In this document: piece after piece, positions 16,385-28,048 of the stretch | Position numbering within the stretch: the first letter of the stretch is position 1 | How the letters are laid out: each line of letters opens with the position of its first letter | Virus record (IMG/VR): IMGVR_UViG_3300046005_001038 | Coordinates: 15,833 to 79,832 of that record | Strand: one strand, 5' to 3' | Source of the DNA: a virus | Length of the DNA stretch: 64,000 bases | Translations under genes and position numbers: made by a program | The notes under the pieces: generated by a model | The model's input: only the letters and a program-made list of their open reading frames with translations | What the model was told of the DNA's origin: nothing | Databases searched by the model: none

Positions 16385-18795
16385 AATTTGTAACCCATTA
16401 AGTTCATTGTAATTGATTTGCGTTTAATATCCATTTCATACCCGATAAGTCTAAATTTAACTGTCTGATTATACCACAATCTATCATACTTTACAAGAAC
16501 TGTTTGACCTATTTTTATATCAGGTAATGTACTAAAATAAGCCGTTAATGACACCACATCACAGCGTTTTTTAAAATAAGCAAGCAATCTATCTGTCACA
16601 GTTTGTGTATTAGCTTGCGATACCAATAATGATTCAAATTGTAATCGTTGTGATTGAGGATGTTTTTGTTTAATAATGGTATCAACCGATTCCTGTGTGA
16701 GATATTGTTGTAACAATCTCGCTTTTCTTGCTTGTGTGGTCGCACCTAATACATCTTTTTGTACTGTTTCAATCTTACCGTATTTGCCCACAACTGAATA
16801 ATACGGAACACCGTTTTCACCTACACCAGTAGCTGTTCGTTCACATGATGTGATTTGATAAGGTAGAATTGAAATATCGGCTGTTGTAGATGGTTCTTCA
16901 TAAATATCTGCATTCATAATATACGAACTGTTATCAATCGAATCACCAAACCACCAATAACCACCGACAGACTTCACAATTGAATCTAACACAGACCTAA
17001 AACTGGCTTCTTGATTGATATACAATCCAATTCCACCAGAACTAACCGAATTCAACTTTGTAATAGCGGATGAATTTACTGTGATAGATTTGCTTGTAGC
17101 ATAAGTAACGGACGAGTCTGAAAAATCAGCAGTAATTTCAGTTAATGGGATTGGAGCGTAAGGATATTCTGTACTATTCAAAGGTGTGACTTTAAATAGA
17201 TTCTGATACGCAATCCAAGTACCCTGTGCAGGTGTTGTTGCATTAAATGTACTTAATGAACCTGTCACAATGCCCGATGTAAATTTAACACCGCTATTGT
17301 ACACATTCTCAATGATAGTTGACGTTGTACCGCTAACTTGATATTTATTAGTTGGTGCATCGATTAATGTCGGTGTTTCAAATATCGTTCTCATTCCTGA
17401 TGAAAAACTAATTGATTGACAGACTTTATTAAAGACTTCCCCTGCTGAAATCACACTTGGTTTCAAAACTGAAACAGGTGTTGATATAGTTTTAATATAG
17501 TCTGTCGCAAAGCTACCTTGTTCTAATTGTGCGCCCCAGATGAATACTCCTGATGTGCCATCACCCGTGTAGCCTAGACTTGAGCCTTGAAATAATCTCG
17601 CCCACATTGTAAAAGAAACCACACTAATGCTTACAGTAAGTGTACAGCGAACCCATCCGTTACCTGCATCTGTTATTGTGGCAGAGGGTGAGGTGTAGCC
17701 AGTTCCTACCACGCTTGGTGCAGATAAAATGGTGTTATTTGTGGTGTCAAAACCAACAAAACAATAGTTAGCAGACCCGTCGGAATTTCTAAGCCATATT
17801 GAGAAGTTGCGCTCAGAACTCTTAACGTATATGGACGCTGTGTATGTATTCGTACCTGAATTAGATATGACGATGCTATTAGTGTAATGTAGTGTATTAA
17901 CTGTATTCTCAACCAACTTATCCGCAGTCAAAGTACCGTCTGGTGAGGTTGTTGCATTTGCGGTGATAGTCGCATTAGATTTAGTCCAAGCCACATTATC
18001 AAATTGTTCTGAATAAGTTAGTAAGTTTGTCCTATAAGCAACAACTACTTCTCCATCATGCGCGTCACAAGTGATTTCCTGATGATTATGGTCACCAACT
18101 TTGAAATACCCTTGAAAATGATGAAATTCACCTGCTGACACATTGTCTGAAATCAATTCAGCTAATGATACACACTCATGTGATTTAGTGAGAGCAACAC
18201 CTTTATCATAAACAGCATCTATCACACAGGTTGATAAATCACTCACTTGAAATAAATCAATGTTCGCATAACACATTACAGGTGACGCATTAGTCACAGT
18301 ACCATAAACACGAGGTTTAACATTACCCATCACATCTGTTGGTAACCCTTCAACTCCACCTCCACCTGTGTATCTTGCTTGCGTTAAAGGTGTGTCTAAA
18401 GATTCAGATAACGATTTTAACGTCAAATAAATTGAATTACCACGTTGATTAATTCTCGTCACAATACCTTTGAACCATGTTGTGACGACATTATTAGCAT
18501 CGACTAACTGTAATGTACAATCACGACCATCTAAATAATAATCTGCCAGATAATTTAATCCACCATCTGTATTATCAAGTTCGATTTCACCAATAGATGA
18601 TTGTCCTGATATGTTTGGTAATAACCCTCCATCATTAACCGCAATCGTAACCCTCGCAGGCTGTTTCATGCGAGGTTGATAATAAATACCGTTTGAATCT
18701 TTATAGCCATCATCTGAAAAGTAGATGACGCTGGGCGAACCCAGCGAATCTAAAACATTGATGGTACAAATCCAAGAACCTTGAATTTTAGCCAT
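16381..18795 (-). CDS. Tail tip/hub protein with inserted carbohydrate-binding-like domain
   Basis: Follows the tape measure gene. GEIELDNTDG.L, YTG.GG.EG, KPRVYG.V.N, inserted RTNLL..SE.F…WGAQLE.G..ATDYI domain. Confidence 0.75.
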   Translation of the reverse strand: MAKIQGSWICTINVLDSLGSPSVIYFSDDGYKDSNGIYYQPRMKQPARVTIAVNDGGLLPNISGQSSIGEIELDNTDGGLNYLADYYLDGRDCTLQLVDANNVVTTWFKGIVTRINQRGNSIYLTLKSLSESLDTPLTQARYTGGGGVEGLPTDVMGNVKPRVYGTVTNASPVMCYANIDLFQVSDLSTCVIDAVYDKGVALTKSHECVSLAELISDNVSAGEFHHFQGYFKVGDHNHQEITCDAHDGEVVVAYRTNLLTYSEQFDNVAWTKSNATITANATTSPDGTLTADKLVENTVNTLHYTNSIVISNSGTNTYTASIYVKSSERNFSIWLRNSDGSANYCFVGFDTTNNTILSAPSVVGTGYTSPSATITDAGNGWVRCTLTVSISVVSFTMWARLFQGSSLGYTGDGTSGVFIWGAQLEQGSFATDYIKTISTPVSVLKPSVISAGEVFNKVCQSISFSSGMRTIFETPTLIDAPTNKYQVSGTTSTIIENVYNSGVKFTSGIVTGSLSTFNATTPAQGTWIAYQNLFKVTPLNSTEYPYAPIPLTEITADFSDSSVTYATSKSITVNSSAITKLNSVSSGGIGLYINQEASFRSVLDSIVKSVGGYWWFGDSIDNSSYIMNADIYEEPSTTADISILPYQITSCERTATGVGENGVPYYSVVGKYGKIETVQKDVLGATTQARKARLLQQYLTQESVDTIIKQKHPQSQRLQFESLLVSQANTQTVTDRLLAYFKKRCDVVSLTAYFSTLPDIKIGQTVLVKYDRLWYNQTVKFRLIGYEMDIKRKSITMNLMGYKL

Positions 18796-21700
18796 TTACT
18801 TGTTTCCTTGTGGTTGAATCAATTGAATCGAGTTTGTCATTTGTAACTTCGTTTTGTTTAATTAATGTTCGGAAAGCTGCTTGCATGACTTCAATTTGTG
18901 CTTGCAACAGTTTGTTTTGTGTTTTCAACTCAGCTAATTCTTCTTCATTATTACCTGAATCATTAGCGGCAATCGCTCTCACACCTAATGAACCATTTAT
19001 ATTGGCCAAAGGCATGATTGCTTCTGAACCTGATTCACCCATCAAGCCCATATTGAACACAGTGGGTTTAGACACAATGCCATTTGTGAATGCACCGCCT
19101 GATGCAAAATAACCATTTGTAGAGAAATACCCATTTTTAGCATCCATATATTTTTCAAAATCTTGCCAACTACTAAGTCCTAGCTTGCGTAACATTCCTT
19201 CTACATCGGTGTAGTCACCATAATAACCTACATTTATCGCTTCACCTTCTAAGACGGAAGTTCCGTAATTAAAATATCTAGGTGTTAGTGTAGGTGTTGA
19301 CGTAGCAATATTAGAAGGAGGTATGCTTGGAATTACTGGTGATGGTACAACAGGTAATTCAGGTACAACTGCTGTAGGAATTTGAACTCCTACTGAAGCT
19401 CCCGCGTTAGCTGCATTTTGTGCAGTTATTTGTGCGCCGATTGCTTGTAATGCTGCTAAAGCTGCGTTGGCTGCGGCAACAATATCATTGATAGATTGAA
19501 TCAATGCTGAGGTATTAGCTGCTGGAAATACCATTACTGGAATTTCAATATCTGAGAAAGTTTCGATAATTCTAGCTAGCTCATCTTTTAAAGCCGTACC
19601 GCCTCCAACACCAATACCTGCCATAAGTTCGTTAAACGCAAGTGCGAATTCGCTTTCAGGGTTTAATGTCAATTTAACATCTTCAACAAATGTTGCCAGA
19701 ATGCCTGTTGCAGAATCTAAAGCAGATGTCTCAGTATCTAACAATAGTTGGCTGATATTCAAAGCAGAAATCATGTCGGTCATACCTACGGAGATTGTAC
19801 CTAACACATCGGTCATTGTATCGGTTAATTCCGCAGTAGGAACTTCTATTTTGGTTTTAACAACGGCATTGTATTTATCTAACGCTTCAGATAGGTTTGT
19901 CATAAATGAAATTTTATCTTCATCTGACATTTCAGGTGTTGCAACCACACTTAATGTAGCAGTCGTGGTTAAAACTAGATTTTCGGCAGCTTTTGCTTTG
20001 ATTGAATCATTAAACGTACTTATTGCCACTAATACTGTGCTACTAATTGCTTTTTCAAACACATCTAACGCAGGAAGTTTTAACGAATCTGAAATTTCAG
20101 AGCTTGATTTTAATGTGTTATAAGCAGCGTAAGATTTCTCAATAGCATCGCCGATAACAGTACCTTTTAAAGCATCAGGTAGAGCGAAGATTCCTGTTTT
20201 AATATCTTCTAATAAATCAACCATTCGCAACTGCGGGTCAACTTGTTGTGGTAGCACACTTACAGCATCAATCACTTGTTGTATCAACTCATTACCTTCT
20301 TTAGACGAACCATAGAAGTTACGAATTGCAGTAATTGTTTGGTCTGCCGTACCTGTGATAGAACCTTCAATAGCTGATTTAATATCAGCAACTGTTTTTC
20401 CAGTATTAGCAATATCGGTTTGTGCCATATATTTATTAAGATTAGCAATTGTGTTTTTGTCAGTAATACCCGACATATCAATTGAACCCACACCCGTAGA
20501 TGATTTATAAGCTGATAATTGATACGCCAATTTACCTTGTGCTGTATCTAATTGTGACTTAGTAGAACCTAATTGTGTGATTTGTAATCCGATAGCCCAA
20601 TCAGCGATAGCGCGTCTAAAATCGCGTAATTGCTGTATTGATTTTGACAAATCAACTTTATTTAAATTATCAACATACATTTTGACCATTGCATCAGACT
20701 TTTTCAAAGTACCTTCAACACCAGAAATCGTTTCGTTTCCATACTTTTTAATCATGTCGTTTTTGTACTTTTCTAATGCAAGTACCTTTTTACCTGCTTC
20801 ATCAGCTAATGCGTATTTAGCATCGTAACCAGCTTGTTCTGCATCATCTAAGAATGATTTCGCCTTATTGATGTCACGAGTTAATTTCATGGTTTCGATG
20901 AATTCTTTCGCTGCACTAGATGCTTCTCCGAACACAGAATTGATTTCAGCGATTTGAATGTTAAATTCAACTAAGCTACGATTATATTCGTCTAAACCTG
21001 CAACAGCTAATGCGTTTGATAATTCTTTACGTTTATTAGCAATGTCTTGTGCTGTAGCTACTTTAACTTCTGTCAAACCCGATGCGTTTCTAGCATCTGT
21101 AATGGCTTTAGTTTGACGTAACATATCAATGTAGGTATTTGCCGCATCTGAACCTTCACCGAACATATCGTTAATCGCTTTAATATCTTTTCCTAATTGA
21201 TAATCTCCTTTTTGTGTATCAGACATTCCTGCTACTAATAAGTTATCCTTCAACTCATTGTATTTACCTGTAACTAAAGATTGCTCTTTTGCACGTTGTA
21301 AAATCAATATGTCGTTTATTTTAGTAGACGATTCATTATTCATTTCTCTAGCAATTCGCAATTCTTCAGCATTTTGCATCATCCGTTTGTTATATTCAGA
21401 TGTTAATTGATTTTCAGACGTAATCAAACTATCAATCGATAACTTTTGTTTTGCTGCATAGTCAGCTTTGTTTTTCGTATCAATCAATGCGTCGGAATAT
21501 GCTTTTAACGAGCGTTCAGTCACATTAACTGTTTCAGTAATACCGTAGAACTTCTTATCAGTTTCAGATAACGTCGCGTTCCAACTAACGATGCTAGGTA
21601 ATAAATCGCTGTCGATTTGAGAAACTAAAGAACTAATATCTGTACCGATACTCAATTCAGTCAATGAATCTTTTGAAGCCTTAGCAGTCATGTAATCTTT

Positions 21701-24700
21701 AGACTTTGTAGTCGATAAAATTACATCTGTAATTTTTAACACAGATTGTTGTCTTTCTAACACAGTTTGTAATGTTTCTGTAGAATCAATTAAGCCTGAT
21801 ACGACTTTGTTGATGCCTTCTGATTGTGACGTAAGATTATTCATCCAATAATCCATCACCTCAAGTTGTGTTGACGTATCTTTAATTGATAGAATCGTAC
21901 TAACTTGTTTCAATAAATCATTAAATATCGGATTAGATTTATCGATTTTAAACGTACTTGCGATAAATGCTTCAGGATTCTCTTTAGCAGTAGTAAGCTG
22001 TTGTAAACGAGTTTCGTTTTTATCAAACATAGATAGCATACTTGTCACAAACAATCCGTTTGCACCAGTTTGATTATCCAACTTACCTTTGATTTCATCT
22101 AAATCTGACTTTTTAATATCCGATGTTTTCAAATTCATCAATGCGTCAACAGAACCTTTAGCGAATCGGTCTGCCCATTTCTGAACACGCTCTGAGTCAA
22201 AACCCGCCATGTCTTGGGGTAATAATGCTTTAAGACTAGACGTGCCTGTTAATAGATTTTGTAATGTGGTAGAATTTTCATTCACACTTTTGAAAGTTGC
22301 ATCAATTGACTTTTTCAAATCTAAATTATTCAAATCTGTGTTCACAGTGGTGATATTGTAACCTGGTGAAACAGAGAACATTTTTGAATAGTTTTCAATG
22401 TTACTTACAATACGAGTTTCATTGTCTTTTAACACTTTACTGAACGTATTGAAGAACGCTGTGTCTTTAGTAACGTCTTTTTTATTTTTAGCATCTAAGT
22501 CAGAGAGTTTTAAATCAACAATCTTACTTACATCACCACCTGTGTATTTATTAGCATAGGCTTTTGCGTAAGTAGCATTTGTTTTTTCTAAATCACTACC
22601 TGTCACAGAAGATTCTGTAATTTTAAAGTCAGTTGGAGCTTTAGTTGTGAGTGAATTGAGCAATGTAATCTGATTATTGATATTAGTAAAAATCTCACTT
22701 AGACCTTTATTCGCAATATCAAATTTTTCACCTTTAGACGTTACGACATTAAAGAATTTGTCAATAGCTGACGTAAAGTTTTTCAAACCATCATTTGCTT
22801 TACCTGTTGAATCGTACATTTGAATCAACTGCTCAGACATAATTGCAAAACCTAACGTGCCTAAATTTTTACTTTCTACACCGAGGTCTTTGAATTTTTC
22901 ATTAACTTGGTTAATATCAATCGCAACTCGCGTTAAGGTTTCAAATGCGCCTTCACCCATGCGTTTAAATCTATCTAAGAATCCATTAGTCACATCATCT
23001 GCAATTAAATCGAATGTTGTGTTTAACGAATCACTTACTTTTTTCGTAATAGCATCAGATTTCAAACCTTTCAAATCTAATTTTATTTTAGGAATAATCG
23101 CTTTAGTATCGCTTACTACTTGCAATCCTAAGATGTTCAAAGATTTAGATAGTTCTGTTGAAAAATAACCAAACACACCTTTAAATGAATTTGTCATTTC
23201 ATTATTAACACCATTGATAGTGTCATAAATCTTAACTGTGTCTGAGAACCAACCTTTAGTTGTCGCTTTTATTTTTGAATAATCATAAACTTTTAGCGCG
23301 TCAGCAGCTCCGCCAATGATGAATTGGTTAGCTTGCATTGTAATACCTGAACCAATTGCTTCAAATTTAGTTTTACCGATACCTAATAATTTACCTAAAC
23401 CAAATTGTAATCCCGCTAAAATTAATCCACCAGCAAGTCCTATGATAGCTCCCCCAACCATCATCCCTGTTGAACCAACCCCCACTCCAACAGAAGTGGC
23501 AGTCCCCATACCTACCGCAGTTGCGGCAGACGCAGCTAATGCACCACCAGCAAGCCCCATACCAGCAGCTCCCATCGCAGTTGATGAAACCAAACCAGCT
23601 CCAATCATACCAGCAGAACCCGCAGGATTTTTAGAACTTGCTGTCATTCCAGTAGTAGAACCAATCCAACCACCTTGTCTGTTTACCGCTAACGAGATTG
23701 TGTTATCAACTGCCTTTGTGATATTTTTAAATCCATCCGCAATATCGCGTAATGCACCGTATTCTTTCACATGGATAGATTGCAATGTATTTGTGATATT
23801 ATCGACTGAGCGAGAAGATTCTGACGATGCTCCGTACACAGAGCTAGTAAAAGCCGATTCAGGTGTTGAAGTGTCTACAGGTTTAGTTTTGAAAAGCGTT
23901 TGCATTAAACTAATCGCCATTCCACCAATCATTGCTGCTCCACCAGCTAACCAGTTTCCTGACATCATCGCATTCATACCGATGTTCATTAAACTTGAGC
24001 TAATATTAGACACAAGGTTTTTAAACATATCGCGAAACGCATCAGTAAAGGATTTACCTTTAGTCAACACATCTGTGAACATGGTTGTAAAACCTGATGT
24101 AATTGAACCTGTCACAGTATCTTTAACAGAGGTTAATAGTTTTAGATTTTCTCTCGTATCAATCAAATCTCTAATTTCTTGTGCCTGTGTTCCTGTCGCT
24201 CCTGCTTGTTTGATTTTAGACTGTTTTTCTAACTCTAATGTAGAAGTTGTCAAAGAGGTTAGTAAATCGTCATTACCTTTAATTAAATCAGGTATAACAT
24301 TACGTTGTTGTTCTTTTAGTGATAATTGAATACGATATAAGTCAGTAATTTCTTTATTCTTAATAAGAAGTTCAGAATCTGTATCAAGCAACATAGTTTC
24401 AGTATCTACTCTCATTGCAGCGTAAGCAGAATTTCCAGTTTGTTTGAATAATTTTTCATATTCATCAGCCATATCTGTTAATTCTTTTTTGGTTGCTGAT
24501 AATTCATCACGCAATTTTAATTGCTCTTTAATCGAACTATCTATTGCAGGAACAGCGAATCCACCGAGTTCTTTAGCTAAATCTTTTGCTTTTAGTGACA
24601 CATCTTGACGTTCTCGCAATTCATCAAACGCATGACTATAAGCATACCCAGCTTTTTCTAGCTTTAATAAATCTTGAAGTTCACCAGCTCTACGACTACG

Positions 24701-27700
24701 CTCTGTATCAGCAATTTCATTCGCTTTAATGTATGCTTGGTCTTGCCAACCAATTTGTTTTCTAATTAAAGTTAATTGTTTATCTAATTCTTCAGCTCTT
24801 TTAGCATCTGACTTTAAAATAGCTTCATTGCGTTGTTTCTTGACTTCATCAAACTCAGCCAATCTTGATTGTAATGTAACGAATTCTTGTGATGCTTTTA
24901 CTTGTGATTCTGAACCTCCCATTCTGCCCATTACTAGAGGAACATAATCTTTTGTTTCAGGTCGAAGATGTGACATCCAATCTTTACCATCAACTTTTGA
25001 TTTTTCTATTACTGATTTAACTCGATTTTCACCAGCGTTGTATCCCGCTAGTGCTTTAGTTAAATCACCGTCAAACATTTTCAATAATTGATTTAGATAT
25101 TTGTTAGCAGCTTTCACGGCTTGCTCAGGGTCATAAGCATCTATGCCGAAACCTTTAGCTGTAGCTGGCATAAATTGCATCAATCCCATTGCACCTGCTC
25201 TTGAAGTAGCGTTTGCTATACCTCGTGATTCTTGTGCTGCAACAGCTCTTAGCAATTCTGGAGAAACTTGACCTGAAGCATATTTTTGAAATAAAGGATT
25301 GTACTTGTCTAATCTTTTTACTGTATCCTCAGTATCAACAACAGCTTTGATTTTGATAGGATTTTTAACAGAATGTAACTCGACCTGTTTATTGACTTTT
25401 TCTAATTCTTGCTTTAACCATTCATCATCTACTTGGATTTTAGGTGTGAGTGATTCGAGAGTTGATTTTGCTTCTCTGGCTGATTTGTCTGCTGCTTCTT
25501 TTGCTAAATCAGCTTCTACTTTCGCAGCAGCTTTATTTCTAGCATCAGCTACCATTTCAGGAGCTTTGACTGATAAAAAGTCATAGTATTCTGTTGTACC
25601 GACAGTACCTGCTTTTTCTTTTAATTGTTTTGGTAAGAAATTGTATGTTTTATCTAATAAATCATTTGTTTCTTTTTTAATGCGGAAAAGTTTATCGTTT
25701 GCTTGTGTAAGCTCTTTTGTTTTCTCTATCTCTTGCGATAATGCTTTACCGAAAGCCGTTTTAATATCTAATTGTTCTACTTGAAGTTTATTCAACCCTT
25801 GTGTACGTTTTGCTTCGGCTATTTTTTCTTCTTCATTGATACTGTCGATTTCCTTTTGTTTTTTTAACTGCTCATCTAATAAAGCTCTCTCGGCTAATAA
25901 TTTAGATTTATCATACACTCCTATCACATCAGAAACAGCAGTTCCTAAACGCGATTGTTTTTCGTGCGCGTTAATAGAACTATCTATTTCACGCATACGT
26001 TCAATTAGTTTTTGTTGTTCAGTTTTAGAAGCCTGTTCTTCTTGACTTTTAGAATAACCGTACATCCCAAGACCTGCAACTGCACCAACAGCTAAACCTA
26101 TAGGACTTCTACTCATTAAAGCCATACCCGCAGCCGCTTTTTCTGAATTTAATGCTACTGTAATTAAAGCTGCGCCTAATGCAGTTACTCCAGAAACTAA
26201 TAAATCCATGTGTTCGCCAATTGCTAACATGGATTTAAAGAATAAATCGCTGGCATGACTACCTTCGTTCATTCTTCCGACGAATTTAGTAAAATAAGTT
26301 TCTACTTCAGTAAAACCTTGTGCAAATGTTTTATGCGTTTTTTCAAAAGTTTTATTTATCTCATCGTTACCTAAAAGGATAGCTTTAAAAAACGCTTCAG
26401 ATGTTATTTTTCCATCATACATAGCATTTCTTAAATCAGCTATTGTTTTAATGTGTGTTGGTGAGTTTTTAATAGCTTCTATTTCAGCAGCAGTCGCTCC
26501 TCGTAAAGCAGCTTCTTCTAATTTTATTGTTTTAGCTGCTTCATCATAATGTTTAACTACAATTCCCATCACATTAGGCATACTATCAAGAATAGACTTA
26601 AACTCTTGACCTCTGACCGTCACACCGCCTAACGCTTGTTCTAACTGTAACAAGCCACCTCTAACTGCATTAGGGCTTGTACCCATGATAGCCAGAGCTT
26701 TTGTTACTGTGTCAATAGCCTTTACTGTATCGGATTGAGTAGCGTTAAGTGACTCGGAAGCTCTTGACATTCTTAAATACAATGTAGTAATAGAGTCTAA
26801 TGGAGCGCGAGCATCGACAGCAAGTTTAAACAATCTTTCTTGCATACCAGCCGCATTACCTGTCTTTTCAGTAGCGATGCCTACAGCATTGGTAAAATGT
26901 GTCCAATGGTCAGCGTATTCCATAATCTGACGACCTGACATTGCTACACCAACCATCATTAAGGTTTGTTGAAGTTTGTTTAGACTGTTTGAGAGTTCGT
27001 TGATGACTGATGTTTGGTTACCTGAACCTGTTTGACGACTTTGTGAAATTAACTGTTGTTGACGATATGCTAAGTTATCTGCTTCTTGTCTACGAATTTC
27101 AGCTTCTATTCTAGCTGAATCTGAAAATCTAGTTTGATTTTGAACATTAACACTTCCCATTTGAGAAGTCATTGAAGATAAACGTGGTGGAACATAGGTA
27201 GATGATTGTGACATCGCAGCAGTCATCGCGTGAGTGTGTGCAATTTTATCAGCAAGAATAGCAGCATCAATTTCTTTTAATGTTTGTCTACGCGCTCTCC
27301 ATGCAGCAAGTTCTCTTTCCATATCAGTTTGAATAGCTTGTTCGTATGCAGAGTTATAACTACGTTGGTCAGACAACTCTTTATCTTTTCTAGCTTTTTC
27401 ATCAGCCATATATTTTAAATGAATCGCTCCTAATTCATTATAATGATTATCAATCTGTTTTTTAGCGTCTAAATATCCTTTTAAATCTCTCTCCCACTCT
27501 TTATAGTTCACACCGTCTGACGCGCGAGTAGCAGCTACATTAGGTCTATCGGTAGCCATTTTGTTATATTCAGCAGTAACAACTACTGACGCTTTAACTG
27601 AGTTTTGTAATTGTGTATTTATTTCCCTAGAGATGTTAGCTACTTGCTGACCTATATTTTTGTTATCTATCAGCAAACCAATGATAATTTCTTTGTGACT

Positions 27701-28048
27701 AATATCAGCTATTAAAGAATTTATTTTCGATACAGATTCGCTTACCTTTTTTACTGTAGCGTCCATCGACTTAGAAATCTTTTCAACATTATCAATATCA
27801 ACTGTTATTTTAATTGGCTTTTCTAATTCCTTTTTATTCTTATTGATTTTTTCTTCGACACCAGCTAAAGGATTCGTATCAAATGATTTAAATTTTAATT
27901 CAATATCATTGATTGCTTTTAAAGTCTTTTCTAACGCGCTAAGATTAGTATTTGCGGTAGCCGCTTTCTCGCCCACACTCTGTAACGTACTACTCGCATT
28001 ATCCGTTACTTTAACTTCAATACTGACGCTATTATCGATTTCTGACAT
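18788..28048 (-). CDS. Tape measure protein (3086 aa) with SLT lytic transglycosylase domain
   Basis: Tape-measure domain (YAD.W…QLEQALG…GQEF.SI). SLT motifs AVAAQES, AGAMGLMQFMPATA, ALAGYNAG at about 24930-25300. C-terminal FASGG…GESGSEAIMPL. Confidence 0.93.
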   Translation of the reverse strand: MSEIDNSVSIEVKVTDNASSTLQSVGEKAATANTNLSALEKTLKAINDIELKFKSFDTNPLAGVEEKINKNKKELEKPIKITVDIDNVEKISKSMDATVKKVSESVSKINSLIADISHKEIIIGLLIDNKNIGQQVANISREINTQLQNSVKASVVVTAEYNKMATDRPNVAATRASDGVNYKEWERDLKGYLDAKKQIDNHYNELGAIHLKYMADEKARKDKELSDQRSYNSAYEQAIQTDMERELAAWRARRQTLKEIDAAILADKIAHTHAMTAAMSQSSTYVPPRLSSMTSQMGSVNVQNQTRFSDSARIEAEIRRQEADNLAYRQQQLISQSRQTGSGNQTSVINELSNSLNKLQQTLMMVGVAMSGRQIMEYADHWTHFTNAVGIATEKTGNAAGMQERLFKLAVDARAPLDSITTLYLRMSRASESLNATQSDTVKAIDTVTKALAIMGTSPNAVRGGLLQLEQALGGVTVRGQEFKSILDSMPNVMGIVVKHYDEAAKTIKLEEAALRGATAAEIEAIKNSPTHIKTIADLRNAMYDGKITSEAFFKAILLGNDEINKTFEKTHKTFAQGFTEVETYFTKFVGRMNEGSHASDLFFKSMLAIGEHMDLLVSGVTALGAALITVALNSEKAAAGMALMSRSPIGLAVGAVAGLGMYGYSKSQEEQASKTEQQKLIERMREIDSSINAHEKQSRLGTAVSDVIGVYDKSKLLAERALLDEQLKKQKEIDSINEEEKIAEAKRTQGLNKLQVEQLDIKTAFGKALSQEIEKTKELTQANDKLFRIKKETNDLLDKTYNFLPKQLKEKAGTVGTTEYYDFLSVKAPEMVADARNKAAAKVEADLAKEAADKSAREAKSTLESLTPKIQVDDEWLKQELEKVNKQVELHSVKNPIKIKAVVDTEDTVKRLDKYNPLFQKYASGQVSPELLRAVAAQESRGIANATSRAGAMGLMQFMPATAKGFGIDAYDPEQAVKAANKYLNQLLKMFDGDLTKALAGYNAGENRVKSVIEKSKVDGKDWMSHLRPETKDYVPLVMGRMGGSESQVKASQEFVTLQSRLAEFDEVKKQRNEAILKSDAKRAEELDKQLTLIRKQIGWQDQAYIKANEIADTERSRRAGELQDLLKLEKAGYAYSHAFDELRERQDVSLKAKDLAKELGGFAVPAIDSSIKEQLKLRDELSATKKELTDMADEYEKLFKQTGNSAYAAMRVDTETMLLDTDSELLIKNKEITDLYRIQLSLKEQQRNVIPDLIKGNDDLLTSLTTSTLELEKQSKIKQAGATGTQAQEIRDLIDTRENLKLLTSVKDTVTGSITSGFTTMFTDVLTKGKSFTDAFRDMFKNLVSNISSSLMNIGMNAMMSGNWLAGGAAMIGGMAISLMQTLFKTKPVDTSTPESAFTSSVYGASSESSRSVDNITNTLQSIHVKEYGALRDIADGFKNITKAVDNTISLAVNRQGGWIGSTTGMTASSKNPAGSAGMIGAGLVSSTAMGAAGMGLAGGALAASAATAVGMGTATSVGVGVGSTGMMVGGAIIGLAGGLILAGLQFGLGKLLGIGKTKFEAIGSGITMQANQFIIGGAADALKVYDYSKIKATTKGWFSDTVKIYDTINGVNNEMTNSFKGVFGYFSTELSKSLNILGLQVVSDTKAIIPKIKLDLKGLKSDAITKKVSDSLNTTFDLIADDVTNGFLDRFKRMGEGAFETLTRVAIDINQVNEKFKDLGVESKNLGTLGFAIMSEQLIQMYDSTGKANDGLKNFTSAIDKFFNVVTSKGEKFDIANKGLSEIFTNINNQITLLNSLTTKAPTDFKITESSVTGSDLEKTNATYAKAYANKYTGGDVSKIVDLKLSDLDAKNKKDVTKDTAFFNTFSKVLKDNETRIVSNIENYSKMFSVSPGYNITTVNTDLNNLDLKKSIDATFKSVNENSTTLQNLLTGTSSLKALLPQDMAGFDSERVQKWADRFAKGSVDALMNLKTSDIKKSDLDEIKGKLDNQTGANGLFVTSMLSMFDKNETRLQQLTTAKENPEAFIASTFKIDKSNPIFNDLLKQVSTILSIKDTSTQLEVMDYWMNNLTSQSEGINKVVSGLIDSTETLQTVLERQQSVLKITDVILSTTKSKDYMTAKASKDSLTELSIGTDISSLVSQIDSDLLPSIVSWNATLSETDKKFYGITETVNVTERSLKAYSDALIDTKNKADYAAKQKLSIDSLITSENQLTSEYNKRMMQNAEELRIAREMNNESSTKINDILILQRAKEQSLVTGKYNELKDNLLVAGMSDTQKGDYQLGKDIKAINDMFGEGSDAANTYIDMLRQTKAITDARNASGLTEVKVATAQDIANKRKELSNALAVAGLDEYNRSLVEFNIQIAEINSVFGEASSAAKEFIETMKLTRDINKAKSFLDDAEQAGYDAKYALADEAGKKVLALEKYKNDMIKKYGNETISGVEGTLKKSDAMVKMYVDNLNKVDLSKSIQQLRDFRRAIADWAIGLQITQLGSTKSQLDTAQGKLAYQLSAYKSSTGVGSIDMSGITDKNTIANLNKYMAQTDIANTGKTVADIKSAIEGSITGTADQTITAIRNFYGSSKEGNELIQQVIDAVSVLPQQVDPQLRMVDLLEDIKTGIFALPDALKGTVIGDAIEKSYAAYNTLKSSSEISDSLKLPALDVFEKAISSTVLVAISTFNDSIKAKAAENLVLTTTATLSVVATPEMSDEDKISFMTNLSEALDKYNAVVKTKIEVPTAELTDTMTDVLGTISVGMTDMISALNISQLLLDTETSALDSATGILATFVEDVKLTLNPESEFALAFNELMAGIGVGGGTALKDELARIIETFSDIEIPVMVFPAANTSALIQSINDIVAAANAALAALQAIGAQITAQNAANAGASVGVQIPTAVVPELPVVPSPVIPSIPPSNIATSTPTLTPRYFNYGTSVLEGEAINVGYYGDYTDVEGMLRKLGLSSWQDFEKYMDAKNGYFSTNGYFASGGAFTNGIVSKPTVFNMGLMGESGSEAIMPLANINGSLGVRAIAANDSGNNEEELAELKTQNKLLQAQIEVMQAAFRTLIKQNEVTNDKLDSIDSTTRKQVNG

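Noticed and set aside
23316-24329. 337-aa + strand ORF and other antisense ORFs within structural genes
   Set aside because: Shadow frames of long - strand genes, with no RBS or recognisable motifs.
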